From Octopus sinensis (Eukaryota): a stretch of 64,000 bases of DNA. The notes under the pieces are model-generated. The model saw only the letters and a program-made list of their open reading frames with translations. It did no database searches and was not told the DNA's origin. The position numbers and the translations under genes are program-made. Position 1 is the first letter of the stretch, and the number at the start of each line of letters is the position of its first letter. Where the stretch lies: contig NC_043011.1 of assembly GCF_006345805.1 (NCBI RefSeq), positions 30,764,464 to 30,828,463 of the forward strand, read 5' to 3'. Shown piece by piece: positions 40,446-52,352 of the stretch.

Positions 40446-42760
40446 TACACCTGGCAGCGTATAAGATGAAGATTATCCTGGATGGTTCTGCCGGGGACTA
40501 CACAGGTTTGTGCCCCTCCGATCAAGCCATCCGCGGCACGGGTCAATCTTTTTGCTAACACTTTGGCCAAAATCTTCATCTCTGCGTTCAGCAAAGTGAT
40601 GGGCCTGAAATTATCTATATTATCCACCTTGTCCAGGTCCTTCCTGACCAGCGTCACAACTCCCCGGAGTACAGATCTGGGGATAAGCCCATTCTGCTGC
40701 CAATTCGCATAAACGCTAGCCAGTATGTTCCCAAACAAGTCTGGCATGACCATCGAGACCCGGTGCCTTACCACCGCCGCAGTCCGCTATGGTCTCAATA
40801 ACTTCCTCAGGTGTGATCGACCCTTCACAGCTCTCCGCATTCTACCCTGAGAGACGGGTCAGGCCGGCGAGGAAGTTCGTAAGGTCCATCCTGCAATCCG
40901 GCCCCTCCCCTCCCCCGAAAAGCTGGGCGAAGTGTTCCTGAAAGGTCGGACACATCTCCACGGGTTCGTTTATCAAATCCCCTTGCGCATTCACCACAGA
41001 TCGAATTATGGAATCATTTCCACGTTGAGCTTCTACAACCCGTGCCCATCTAGCGGCCTTGATTCCCTCGCACCCCATTGCACGAAGTCAAGCTCTGACG
41101 ATACACCCCGTGTGTTTAGCTTTGAGGTACTGGTTTAATTCCAGTCACTTCACCTGGGATGCGTCGCCAGATGTCATGGCTTCCTCTAGGGTCTTAACTA
41201 ATTCATTTTCTTCCTTACGCTCTCTAGCCACTAATCCTATGCTATATATAATAGATTCGAATTTAATGGCTGTTTGAGGGGCTACCACCATTTGTTGTTG
41301 ATAATGGAAACGGTTAACACCCTCTCTATTAGTAACTTAATCCGGCTCCTGTACTCCTCAATCGCCAAAAGTGACTTATTGAGTTTTCAGTAGCCGGAAC
41401 CCTTACTATATATCTTATCTAGGTTCAGTTTGCAAGTTACCAACTTGTGGTCACTGTAACTGACCAAGTGGAATTGTGGACGCGTAACTATTTCTTTATC
41501 AAATTTTCTAATAAATATGCTATCTATGTAAGACCTAGAATACCCGTCGCTATTTGACCATGTCCACAATGGAGCGTTCGGGAATTCTAGTCTGTAGGGA
41601 TCTACTAAGTGACTTAGTAGATTCCGGAAGCCTATGTTCGGTTTTCTATTAGGATTCGAGCCAACACTATCCACGCGCGCATCGAGAATAGTTTTAAAGT
41701 ATCCTAACACAACTAGTGAACGTGACGTGTCTAGAAACTTCTCCAAATCAAGGTCATAATCAGTCTGACTTGAATTAGGTGCATAAACTGCAACAAGCCA
41801 TGTAGCAATTTTCTTCTCTCTTTCTTGGTTTTTAAAATTGTCTCGATTCAGTTATTATTTTTTCCCTTTTACTTTTCAGGGGTGGGTGGATTCATTTTTC
41901 TCGTGCTTTACCAGTTCCCACCCTCGCCTGCATTTTCATCTGGTACAGGTGTTTGTTCCGCCGGTGTCGCTGCATTCTCTTCTACATCCTTTGCTTTCTC
42001 GGTTTCATTAGCCTTGCAGTCCGTCCTGAGGTGGCCCTTTTCATCACACTGGAAGCATCGAGGTTTGAGACCCTCTACCACGACTACCAGTCGGGTCTCA
42101 CCAACCTCGATAATATCTGTTATTTCTTCCAGCGTGGTCTGCTCGGCTTGCATCACAATTCGAAGGCCCTAGCCATGCCAGGTGCGTGGCTCCATCACGG
42201 TAGCTTCCTATACGGATATTTTGTCTTCTAGACCCATAGTAACTGCTGCGATGAGCTACTCTAGGTCCACCTCAGGGGAAATGTTACTTATCGTAACTCT
42301 TGACGTTCTTCTGCCCATATATGGACAGAAGTACCACCTCTTCGGTTTTTAAAGGGTCGACTGAATGGAGTCGGACTGCCTCTTCTGACTCCATTCTTAC
42401 TTCGGCAGTTGCATACCGTTTACCTATGTTTACGTATTTTACCAGATGCCATATAGGCTTGAGAGACTTCTGAATTTCACTCACCACAACGTAGTCTATC
42501 TTCTTTTCTTTCACCTTGTATGACTTACTGCATTTTATATATATACTTGCGTACTCTTCATAATACTCTAAAAATATTACGTAATCAATCAAGCAAACAG
42601 ATGGAAATGGGGATCCATTCAGAGGGCTCGGAAAAGTTTCCAATCGATCTCCGATTTGATCGAACTGCGAAATAGTTCCCATTTGCTTGTGATAATGAAA
42701 AAAGAAGATCGAGGTGCCACATATATGGTACCGCAAACCAACTAAGAGTTTTCTGTCCAC
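40446..42760 (-). mobile_element. Decayed Tx1/L1-clade LINE: ORF1, APE endonuclease and start of RT, 3'-truncated
   Basis: ORF1 CCHC knuckle CFQCDEKGHLRTDC. APE motifs VAVYAPN, WTWSN, SYID and SDHKLV. RT NFRPITLLNAEMKILAKVLAKRL..QTCVVPGRTIQDNLHLIR. Multiple stops and frameshifts. Confidence 0.88.
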
Positions 42761-43075
42761 AGAAGAGGACGAACATAAGACGCCTTCTCAAATGCTACAG
42801 ACATACACACAGCAGCAGCAAAAACAGCAACCACAACACCAACAGCAGCAGAGATTGCAAAAGCAGCAGCAGAGACAGCAAAAGCAACAGTAGCTATATA
42901 GTTTAATAGATGCAGCCTACAATGTGGTTTATTTAACAACCTCTACTATTGAACATAGCAAAATAGCTTCTTCCAAGCATTAAAAAAAATTACGAACAGA
43001 CGAAAACCTTATTTTGTACTGACATAAAATTTACATTAAAAAATAGCGAAACTCCCACTAACTCATTAGAAAAGA

Positions 43076-43077
<2 letters not shown>

Positions 43078-43146
<69 letters not shown>

Positions 43147-43165
43147 TAAAAAAATAATAATGATA

Positions 43166-43200
<35 letters not shown>

Positions 43201-43244
43201 AATATGATAATGATAATAATAATAATAATAATATAATAATAATA

Positions 43245-43281
<37 letters not shown>

Positions 43282-43316
43282 TAATAATAATGATAATGAT
43301 AATAATGATAATGATA

Positions 43317-43395
<79 letters not shown>

Positions 43396-43425
43396 AATAA
43401 CAGATATAATAATAATATAATAATG
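43078..43425. repeat. (TAA/TGA)n microsatellite, the tail of the adjacent LINE
   Basis: Direct reading. Confidence 0.9.
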
Positions 43426-43429
43426 AAAT

Positions 43430-44375
43430 TATTGTATACAGTGCTCAGGTGCACCACAACTTGTCAAAAGTGCGTATAAAGTATATGCAGTAATGTACAA
43501 ACGTCTGGAAAGCGAACAGTGTACGAGTCAGATACGTGCTTGCGTGTGTATGGAGGGGAGAAAATTAGGTCATTGTTGGCGAATCTCAGGAAGCATGGAA
43601 GTTTTGAAGGATGCAGTGCTCCGACAACTAACAACTGATGTCGGCAGTTTGTTCCATGCTTCAGCAACTCTCAGCGTGAAAAAATGTTTCCGAAAGTCAT
43701 GGGAGCTGTGCTGTTTTCTGACTTTGTAAATATGACCACGGGTGTTAGACAGGTGGAGTTTGAAAAGGTGCTCAGAGTTATTGTTTGTAAGATGGTTAAT
43801 AATTTTATGGGTGTCTGCCAAGTCAGCTGCCAGACGTCGGTGTTTCAATGTGTCCATGCCCAGGGAAGTAAGGCGTTCAGAATATGGCAAATGCCTGATG
43901 GAGGGTATTCTCTTGGTTGCACGTGGCTGAACGGCTTCCAGACGATTAATATCCTGGGCAAGATAGGGGTTCCAGACCGGTGATGCAAATTCCAGGTGAG
44001 GTCGTACCATAGCTATATAAAACCGCAGATAGCTAGCTGGAGAGCGGCTCACAAAGGGCTTGGTGAGTGATGCGAAGACACCCTCAGCCTTGTCCAACGC
44101 AAATCGCTGTCGACAATAACGCCCAGGTCACGCTCACAAGAAGACTTTTTGAGATTAGTGTTGTGGAGGGAGTAAGTAGACGCTGGGTTTTTCCTCCCAA
44201 AATGCATGGTGGTACATTTGTCCACAACCAGCTTGAGTTGCCAGTCCATGATCCACTGCTGCATTGTGTCCAGGTCTGATTGCAATAGAGATCTATAGTG
44301 TACAGGATCTGACCTCTTTATTTCGAGGTACAGCTTGATGTCATCTGCATATTTCAGCACTGTGGCATTCTTTAA
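43430..44375 (-). mobile_element. 5'-truncated CR1/L2-group LINE (RT C-terminal half plus 3' UTR)
   Basis: LKYADDIKLY, ERDLGVIVD, VRPHLEFASPVWNPY, NTRGH and FFTLRVAEAWNKLP, with one frameshift near 44090. Confidence 0.9.
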
Positions 44376-44624
44376 GCTGGCATCTCTAAACGATAGCTAT
44401 ATGGCAACTCATGTTTTTCAGAATAAAATAAAAGAAGTAGAAAAATATCTTTTGGTCGATTGCGTACTTTCGTGTTTTTACAACGATAACACAGGCTCTA
44501 ATAACCAGTTCCCTTTTATGAATAAAATTGTTTTCATAATATTTTGGATTCATTTCATAAAAGTTGGAAAGAACTAGCATAACAGAGACCTGGAAGAGAA
44601 AAGAAATGTATTCATATTAAATAT

Positions 44625-44683
<59 letters not shown>

Positions 44684-44871
44684 AAATGGAAAGATGAATT
44701 ATCTTGTTACGGATTAATCAAAAGTTTAACCGATACCTGGGTAGCAAAAATCACAGCAGAAAAAACACTTATTTAATCAGAATTTGGAAAATTGTGGCCT
44801 TTGAAACATGTGTAGAATGTAATAAAAGGAATTCTGTACAATCTTCGTTCAACTCCATTTCTTCCATTCAC

Positions 44872-44924
<53 letters not shown>

Positions 44925-45178
44925 AAGGCATTTCGCGAGGAATGAGCTCATAATTTCGATTTCCGGGATTCTGTGGTGTACGTACTCCTCCACCATCATG
45001 GGTGAGACGCCGGTCCGTCGTAGGATTACTCATTTTTGCCAGCTGAATGGACTGGATTGCCGTGAAATGGTGTGTTTTGCTCAGGAACACAACATATCAA
45101 CTTGTCTAAGAACTGAAACCACAATCTTCCAATCATGTGTGCAACATCCTTAACCACTAAGCCACGCGTGCGCCTCCG
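44925..45178 (-). mobile_element. Diverged CORE-type tRNA-SINE
   Basis: Reverse complement of the 15944/32689 family. Confidence 0.7.
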
Positions 45179-46619
45179 TAACATTCATATTAAGATAGTA
45201 GAAAATGTTAACCTAGCGGGATTCGTGAATATTTCACGGATATAAACTTACTGGATTATTTCTGAAAACTTTATTCAGAAACCTGTGTTGTGTCCGTATC
45301 AAAAGAGAGTCGCTCATCTGCTAATCCTTGAAAAGTGAAGGAAATTGGAACACGAAGATGACTGTGCATGTTATATATACACTTTATATATTTTATGCAC
45401 AATTTTATAGACTTAATACACAGAACTCTCTCTCTTTCTCTCACACTCTTTACCTTACCCTCTTTTTCTCTATCATTTCTCTTTCGCTTTCCGCCTTTCC
45501 CTTCAACTAATCACATGAAAGTGTTACAGACGGACTAAGTAACAGAGGGAAAACTCTTAGTTAAAAAAAAGAATTGCACATTTCACTCACCACCATCTCT
45601 CCCTCGCCTCCCCTCTCTCATTCGTCCCCTCGAGGCCCTCTCTACCCCCCCTCCCGTTCTCCCCCCCCCCCTAACCAATCAAATGGAAGCGTTACAGACG
45701 GGCTAAATAATGGAGTGACAAGCAGAATTATTATGACAACAGTTTCTCTGGACTATTAAGTGTTATAGTTGATCAGTTTAGTTTCAGTGATTATAGTGAA
45801 TATAATTATGTTAAAGATATTTACTTGATATTCGGTGGCTTTATAGAACTTCCATCTGAAAACTGCTGCGATGAATGCCATGTCTTTCAGATTGATTCAT
45901 TGAAATACAAATTGTGACTTGAATAATGACCTGTATTTACCTCATTGTGATGTCATAATCATTATTATTGTCTGAGAATTTGGGATTATTATGTTACTTT
46001 AGAAAACATTTTGAAACACTGAAAATAGCAACATTCGCAGAAATGTTCAGTTAGGTGTTGCGACAAGGAAGCTTATGCTATAATTCCAATCCTTCATACG
46101 CTTATCCCTGTAAGCAACACTTAAAAAATATTGGAAACCACTCTTTCCCAAAGCTGGTTTATAGTACTTTTTCATTTGTGAACTTTTGAAGTTTCTTGAA
46201 CAAGTTGTCCATGTCTGTTATTTCTTGAGTAAGTAATTTGATATCTGTTATATCAACGTTTGCATTGGTGATAAACATAAGAGAATTTAAGTTATTTTTG
46301 GATCCAGAAAATGTTTGCTTTATGAAATTTAACTTTGTGACAGGCCATGTTTAACGCACGTGCAGTAGACTCGTTTTTACGATCCTGTTTAAGATCCTGA
46401 ATTTTGTGTCTCTTGACTAGGTCCATGATTTCCAAATGGTTCGGAGCATCCTGAAGACAACTGAGATATTTCAGTCTTTGTTTTCGTGCCCTGATCTATT
46501 CCGCTCTCCTGATTAACGAAGCTTCCGGGTACATGAATGACAGGCTACTTCAATTTCCTCTCTTCTGACAGAGAAGCTGACATCGTTGGCCGCATGCATT
46601 TTGTTGTTCGTTACTTCTT

Positions 46620-47026
46620 CCTATTTCTTTACTACCCACAAGGGGCTAAAGTAAGAGAGGACAGACAAATGGATTAAGTCGATCATATCGACCCCAGTGC
46701 GTAACTGGTACTTATTTAATCGACCCCGAAAGGATGAAAGGCAAAGCCGACCTAGGTGGAATTTGAACTCAGAACGTAGCGGCAGATGAAATACCTATTT
46801 CTTTACTCCCCACAAGGGGCTAAACACAGAGGGGACAAACAAGGACAGATACACGGATTAAGTCGATTACATCGACGCCAGTGCGTAACTGGTACTTATT
46901 TAATCGACCCCGAAAGGATGAAAGGCAAAGTCGACCTCAGCGGAATTTGAACTCAGAACGTAACGGCAGACGAAATACCGCAAAGCATTTCTCCCGGCGT
47001 GCTAACGTTTCTGCCAGCTCGCCGCC
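46620..47026 (-). mobile_element. Dimeric MetaSINE
   Basis: Two units with junction GAAATACC|TATTTCTTT. Confidence 0.85.
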
Positions 47027-47339
47027 ATTTTTGGTTGGAGTTTCTTTTAGTTGATGTTGTTGTTCTTGTTTTTATTGTTGTTTCGGCTATTGAAAGATGG
47101 GGTTTGTGACTGTGTGTAACCCTGATTTCATAATGGTGCAGTTGGTTTCCTCTCGATGTCTCTTCTCCCTGTCGCAGACTTTATCAGTTTGACTTCTCGC
47201 TTCACCTTCGTCACTTGACGAGATCCCTGAACAAGGCAACACAGAAGTAGTTGAGGTGGATCCATAACTATCCGTGTGTTTGTGATTATTTTTCTGTGAT
47301 GGTGATGGTATTGCTAAGAGGTCTCTTGTGTAACTACTG

Positions 47340-47550
47340 TCTCGCGTCCTAACACCCATAGGGCTTAATAATCGGTTTCCATGGCGTATAAATGACCGAG
47401 ACCGCAACATTTCTCCTGAAGAGTGTTCCGGTTCATTGCAGGGTTACTTATTCACAGTTGAGTGAACTGGAACAATGTGAAATGAAGTGTTTTGTTAAAG
47501 AACAAAACCAACCACCCGATCCGGGAATTGAAACCACGATCTTGCGATTG
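47340..47550 (-). mobile_element. Diverged CORE-type SINE
   Basis: B-box-like GGTTTCAATTCCCGG, CORE centre and TACGCCATGGAAACCG tail. Confidence 0.6.
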
Positions 47551-47656
47551 TTGTCGCTGCTGTTGTAGGTGTTTTTTTTTGGTTTTTTTTTGGTTTTTTC
47601 ATCGATGCTACTACTTCAGTAGTTTTTTATTCGTATTCTGCTACTGAAGTTGTTGC

Positions 47657-47999
47657 GGATCTTTACCTTTTGACCGACAGATTTAAAAAATATTTTTTGT
47701 AACTAAACACCTTCAAACTTCAGACACTGGTAGAATGTGTCATATAAAACATCTTTTACTCTTAGCGTTTTTGAGAAAAGCTTATATTTAGGAAGTTATT
47801 TCACGTTAAAGTTGGAGTATTTCGGTAAATGCAACCAATCAAGATCAAACGTGAAGTAACTTCTTAAATATAAGCTTTTCTCAAAAACGCTAAGAGTAAA
47901 AGATGTTTTATATGACACATTCTACCAGTGTCCGAAGTTTGGAAGTGTTTAGTTACAAAAAATTATTTTTTAAATCTGTCGGTCAAAAGGTAAAGATCC
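47657..47999. mobile_element. Fold-back MITE with ~150-bp TIRs, possibly Merlin-like
   Basis: GGATCTTTACCTTTTGACCGACAG ... CTGTCGGTCAAAAGGTAAAGATCC. The flanks GTTGTTGC / GGTGTTGC match 7 of 8 as a TSD. Confidence 0.85.
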
Positions 48000-48679
48000 G
48001 GTGTTGCTGCAGTCTTATCGTTGTGGTTGTTGTTTATTGTGTTTTTGTTGTTACTGTTGTAGCCCTTATAGTTGTTGATGTTTTGGTTGTCGTATTGGCA
48101 GGATCCCATGCCCACTTTCATCTTTGCTGCAGTCAGTAGAGAACCTTCGGTTGGTTGGCGCTATTCCATAAGTAGCATTGTTTCACGAACAAAGTAACAC
48201 AAAGACAATTTTCATAAAACAAATTTTTGCGGAGGAAATACGCCTCCTCAAAAACACAATTCTCACAGCAAAGTGAGTCTTTACGCGCGACCACAGGTAG
48301 GCAAATGTCTGGAGCAGAGTGGAGACTGTTGCTCACCAAAAATTATTAAATACAGGGCAACAAACTCCACTAAGCCCCCTCCCAAAAAATACAACAAACG
48401 CCTACCTGTAGTCGAGCTTCAAAAGTTCAATATTTCACGACGAAAGACGTAACTTTCAAGTAGTAAGAACTCTCCTGTAGTAAGGTAAGCAAGCTACTTA
48501 CCACACAGCCACTCCTACGCCAGAAATTGTTTCATTTGAACGAATCATGAATAGCAGTTGTTTGAAAGAACAATTACTTGTTTGAATATTTTAGATTAAG
48601 AATGTGTAGCTGCATTAAAGAAAACATGTACCACTTGTAATAAATGATTATAAAAGAGATGAATTTAACATTTCATATT

Positions 48680-49816
48680 TTATTTCGTACCTCGTGAGAA
48701 AACCTTACCAAGTAGTAAGCTTAGTTCATTTCGAAACTTTCTAGAGAAAAGTCCATAAATAAGTGGGTTAATAGCAGAGCTGAGATAAAAAGAATACACT
48801 AACGCTCTGTAAATGACGCGGTGTTTAATACTTGGATTATTGACAAAAATCGTAGTAGTCATTTTTATGAATGCGATAACGAAATGTGGTATATAAGTTA
48901 TCAGCCAGACGAAAGTAATGCTCATCGAAATTAAACTGGCCCTAGTTGGATTTATTGACGATTTTTCAACATTCATAAAAGAGACCGAGTGCTGCACTGG
49001 ACTCACTTCAGTACCCTTGTCTTCACTTTGGCTTCGGCTTCGGCTTCGGCTTTGGCTTCGGCTTTGGCTTTGGTTTGGGTTTTGAGTAGAGGTGTCAGTT
49101 GTGATTGAAGAGTCAATAAAATTAATTTTTTTTAAACTCTTTAGTGTGACAGCTCTCCAAACACTCTTTCCAATCATTAAGTATATTACTAGGATAAAAG
49201 TATACAACGAATAACAAAGGGCTCCCAGGATAAGATGATAGATTAAAGGATAGGGTGTGTCAGCTACTTGTGAAGAAATGGTACAATCTGTTCCTATATT
49301 TTCACATTGTCCGACCATTCTGAAATGTATGCCGTACAAAACAAGTGTTGGTGTACTCGAAATTAAGGAAAATAAGATTAAATATTTCAGAATTTTCTTT
49401 GCTTTGACAACGGTAATTTTTTTTGCACGAGGCCTAGATATAAGCAAGTATCTATCGAGTGCTATAATGAATACAATCATACCAGAAGTAACTGTTGCTA
49501 GACAAACACAAAAGCGTATCACACGACATGCAACATCACTGTCAAAAATGTAGGAATAATATAGGACGGCAAGTTCCATAGGAATACATATTATGCAAGT
49601 TAGAAGATCGCATAATGAAAGTGTTACAATAAATAATTTTGTAGCGTTTCTATGAAACTTTAGATAATATATATAGGTTACAAAGAAATTTCCAATTGCT
49701 CCAATTACCATAGAAATTATTAGAAACATTATTACAGGAAGATAAGCATCCACCATATCAGCATTCATTTTTTTTACAATAATAACACATTCGTTGAGGC
49801 TTTTATTTTGATCCAT
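48680..49816 (-). CDS. Rhodopsin-like (class A) GPCR, 378 aa, intronless CDS; resembles peptide-receptor-like orphans
   Basis: Seven hydrophobic segments with TM1 GN, TM2 LSLCD..P, TM3 Cys and DRY, ECL2 Cys, TM6 YIP, TM7 NPLIY, helix 8 FRNEL and an N-terminal NKS sequon. An in-frame TGA lies just upstream of the ATG. Confidence 0.95.
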   Translation of the reverse strand: MDQNKSLNECVIIVKKMNADMVDAYLPVIMFLIISMVIGAIGNFFVTYIYYLKFHRNATKLFIVTLSLCDLLTCIICIPMELAVLYYSYIFDSDVACRVIRFCVCLATVTSGMIVFIIALDRYLLISRPRAKKITVVKAKKILKYLILFSLISSTPTLVLYGIHFRMVGQCENIGTDCTISSQVADTPYPLIYHLILGALCYSLYTFILVIYLMIGKSVWRAVTLKSLKKINFIDSSITTDTSTQNPNQSQSRSQSRSRSRSQSEDKGTEVSPVQHSVSFMNVEKSSINPTRASLISMSITFVWLITYIPHFVIAFIKMTTTIFVNNPSIKHRVIYRALVYSFYLSSAINPLIYGLFSRKFRNELSLLLGKVFSRGTK

Positions 49817-49877
49817 TTTTTTTCACCTTCTTGGGAATATCGCTTCAAAGTTTGAAGACAACTTTTTGGTTTATTTC

Positions 49878-49892
49878 CTGGAAAGATAGAAA
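49878..49892 (-). promoter_or_regulatory. Candidate 3' splice acceptor in the GPCR 5' UTR
   Basis: Minus strand TTTCTATCTTTCCAG|G, 61 nt upstream of the ATG. Confidence 0.55.
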
Positions 49893-50779
49893 TCAGTGGT
49901 GCATAAATATTTTAGATATTTTAGTTCAAAAAGTTATTTGAAATGAAATGTTAAATTTTACCCTGAAAGATTAAGTCTACTAAGATTTATATAAGAAAAA
50001 CATATTTCGGACATGTCCTTACTGGGCAAGTAATTTCATCTGACACCGTGTGTTGAGGCTAAAACAGTTACAGTATGCAAGACAAATATTATCCATTCAA
50101 AACACACAGAGAGCGTTTGTTATTATTTGTTATATGCTGTCAAAATTTTCGCTGCGTGAACTGCGACCTGATCACTGACAATATTACACAATATCGCTAT
50201 ATTACAAATAACAAATGTTTTCAAGTGAAGTTAATAGATATTGTGCGTTTCTGAATGGCTAACAAATAATATATCTATAAAAAAAAGGGCAGAATAATAA
50301 TTCAAATTTTTTTATGGATAAATATTTGTGTAGATACATTTGGGATATTAAATGGTCAAACATCAATCAAAACTTAAGAAGAGATAATATATAAACCATA
50401 TATTCGTGAATATATATAAATGTATATGTAACACACTTGCCAAAATAAGTTTAAGACCGATGATGACAGTTCTATTCCTTCATTAATATATTTTAACTAA
50501 ACTATAAAACTATTTTATTTTTTACAGTGTAAAATTTTTTTTCTCTTTCGAATGATATAGGCGTTATATATATATATATCTAACTTTCAAATAATTTTAA
50601 TGCGTAATTAATTCAAATGATTAGAAATTGTCCGCAAAATAAGTTGAAGACTGTACCAAAATTATTTTGTTTAAATTGAAAATCTACGGCACAAATGATC
50701 AAAGAACAAATATATATTTGTTAGTAGTATTTAGTTCTATAGCCATTATTTTCAATTACAGCCTTTCAACGGAGGGACA

Positions 50780-51200
50780 TGGAGTTCGACAAATGAGCAC
50801 AAAACTCACTTGGAATGTTCTGCCATACTTCTTCAATAAAATTATTTAATTGGGACAAATTTGTTGTTGCATTTTTTTCTTAGCATGAACTCTAAAAATA
50901 ATTCCATAAATTTTCTATCAGATTCAAATCCGGGCACTGCGGAGGCCACTCAATAACCACCATACTATTGAGTTCAAAACATTGCAGAACTTTCCTAACC
51001 TTTTGAACGGCGCAATTTGTCCTGCTGGAAAATAGATCCCGGTGGCGTCTGATTATTTAAATATGTCAGCACATCTTCAATTGCTAATTGCAGATAGCCT
51101 ACACTGTTCAGTCTCCCATCAACCTTAACATTTTTGTTAAAAATAAACTAATGAAGGAATAGAACTGACATCATCGGTCTTAAGCTTATTTGGCCAGTGT
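50780..51200 (-). mobile_element. Tc1-like transposase DDE fragment
   Basis: FQQD.. and EWPPQCPDLNLIENLW motifs. Confidence 0.7.
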
Positions 51201-51249
51201 ATATATACATATAAGCGGAGCATAGACGCAAAGCAGTGTTAAGTATGAG

Positions 51250-51467
51250 CAGAATTTAAGTTGGTTGAGATATATGTTTGTCACATATTTCAACTGCTAA
51301 AGGCATCGATGTCTGAGATTCCAGAGAGACAGTGACACTGAACAAACTGGGTGTTTTCACACCTTTTTACCTTAAGAGAGATTTTTTTCTCCACGGTAAC
51401 TGCAGTGTATTTGCCTTTAGCAGTTGAAATATGTGACAAACATATTTCAACTAACCTAATTTCTGCA
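51250..51467. repeat. Inverted repeat with ~55-bp arms
   Basis: ATATGTTTGTCACATATTTCAACTGCTAAAGGCA versus TGCCTTTAGCAGTTGAAATATGTGACAAACATAT. Confidence 0.85.
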
Positions 51468-51504
51468 TACATATATATGCAGAATTTAGGCTAGTTGAAA
51501 TATG

Positions 51505-52352
51505 CTCCGATGACAACAAGTATAACCTTTATGTTCGACTACTCTCGTAGCTGCCACATCTTAGCGATCTCAATTCTCAGGTCACCATATTTATCAACTT
51601 TTTCTTTCATGATGATATATTGATCTCCTGGCACTGCTACGTCGATTATTAGGCATTCTTGTTTGTCCCTCCTAAAGGTTACTATATCCGGCCTTCGGTG
51701 CTCTAACACTTTTTCTGTCTGGTAATCAAAGTCCCAGAGGATTTTTGCCTTCCCCTTTTCGTCCACTACCTTTTCCGGTGTATGTTGGTATCAAGCACCC
51801 GTAACCTCATATCCATACTTACGGCATAGTAGCCAGTGAAGGTTTTGGGCTACTTTGTTGTTTCTACACTTGTACTCATTCTGCGCAAGACTTTCACAAG
51901 CAATAACAATGTGAGTCACACATTCGACCCTCTTCCCACACATTCACAGGTCCGATGCACTTGTGTCGTATATATTCTTTTTCACTGAGTTGGTATTCAA
52001 TGCCTGGACCTGGGCAGCGATGATTAGGCTTTCAGTATTCTTTTTTAGGTCACCCTTGTTGAGCTACCTCCATGACGCTCCCTGGTCTTTTAATTTGTTG
52101 GTTTCACGGTGGAACTGACCATGTAATTCCATACGGAGTAGGGTTTCTTCTCTCTCGTTGGCTGTTCTTGTTTGGAATTCATGAGCACTCTCAAGTCCAC
52201 TTTTGTTAGCTCCTTCTGCACTAGCAGCATACTGTAGCAGTACTTCTTTGCTGTTTACCAAATATTCTACCATGTTTCTTATTTAACTGTTGATGCACTC
52301 CCGTACGCTAATCAGACCACGTCCACTCTTACCTCCCTTCATGTAGAGCGTG
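51505..52352 (-). mobile_element. Decayed R4/Dong-like LINE with restriction-like endonuclease
   Basis: GRGLISV, LHGQF, TESLIIAAQ, CG..VECVTHIVIAC, ILWDF, RPDIV, IIDVAVP and KVDKY. Confidence 0.85.

Noticed and set aside
47087-47410. 107-aa ORF ending VTNPIFQ with an apparent splice acceptor
   Set aside because: The acceptor and first ~25 codons lie inside a CORE-SINE tail, and no domain is recognisable.
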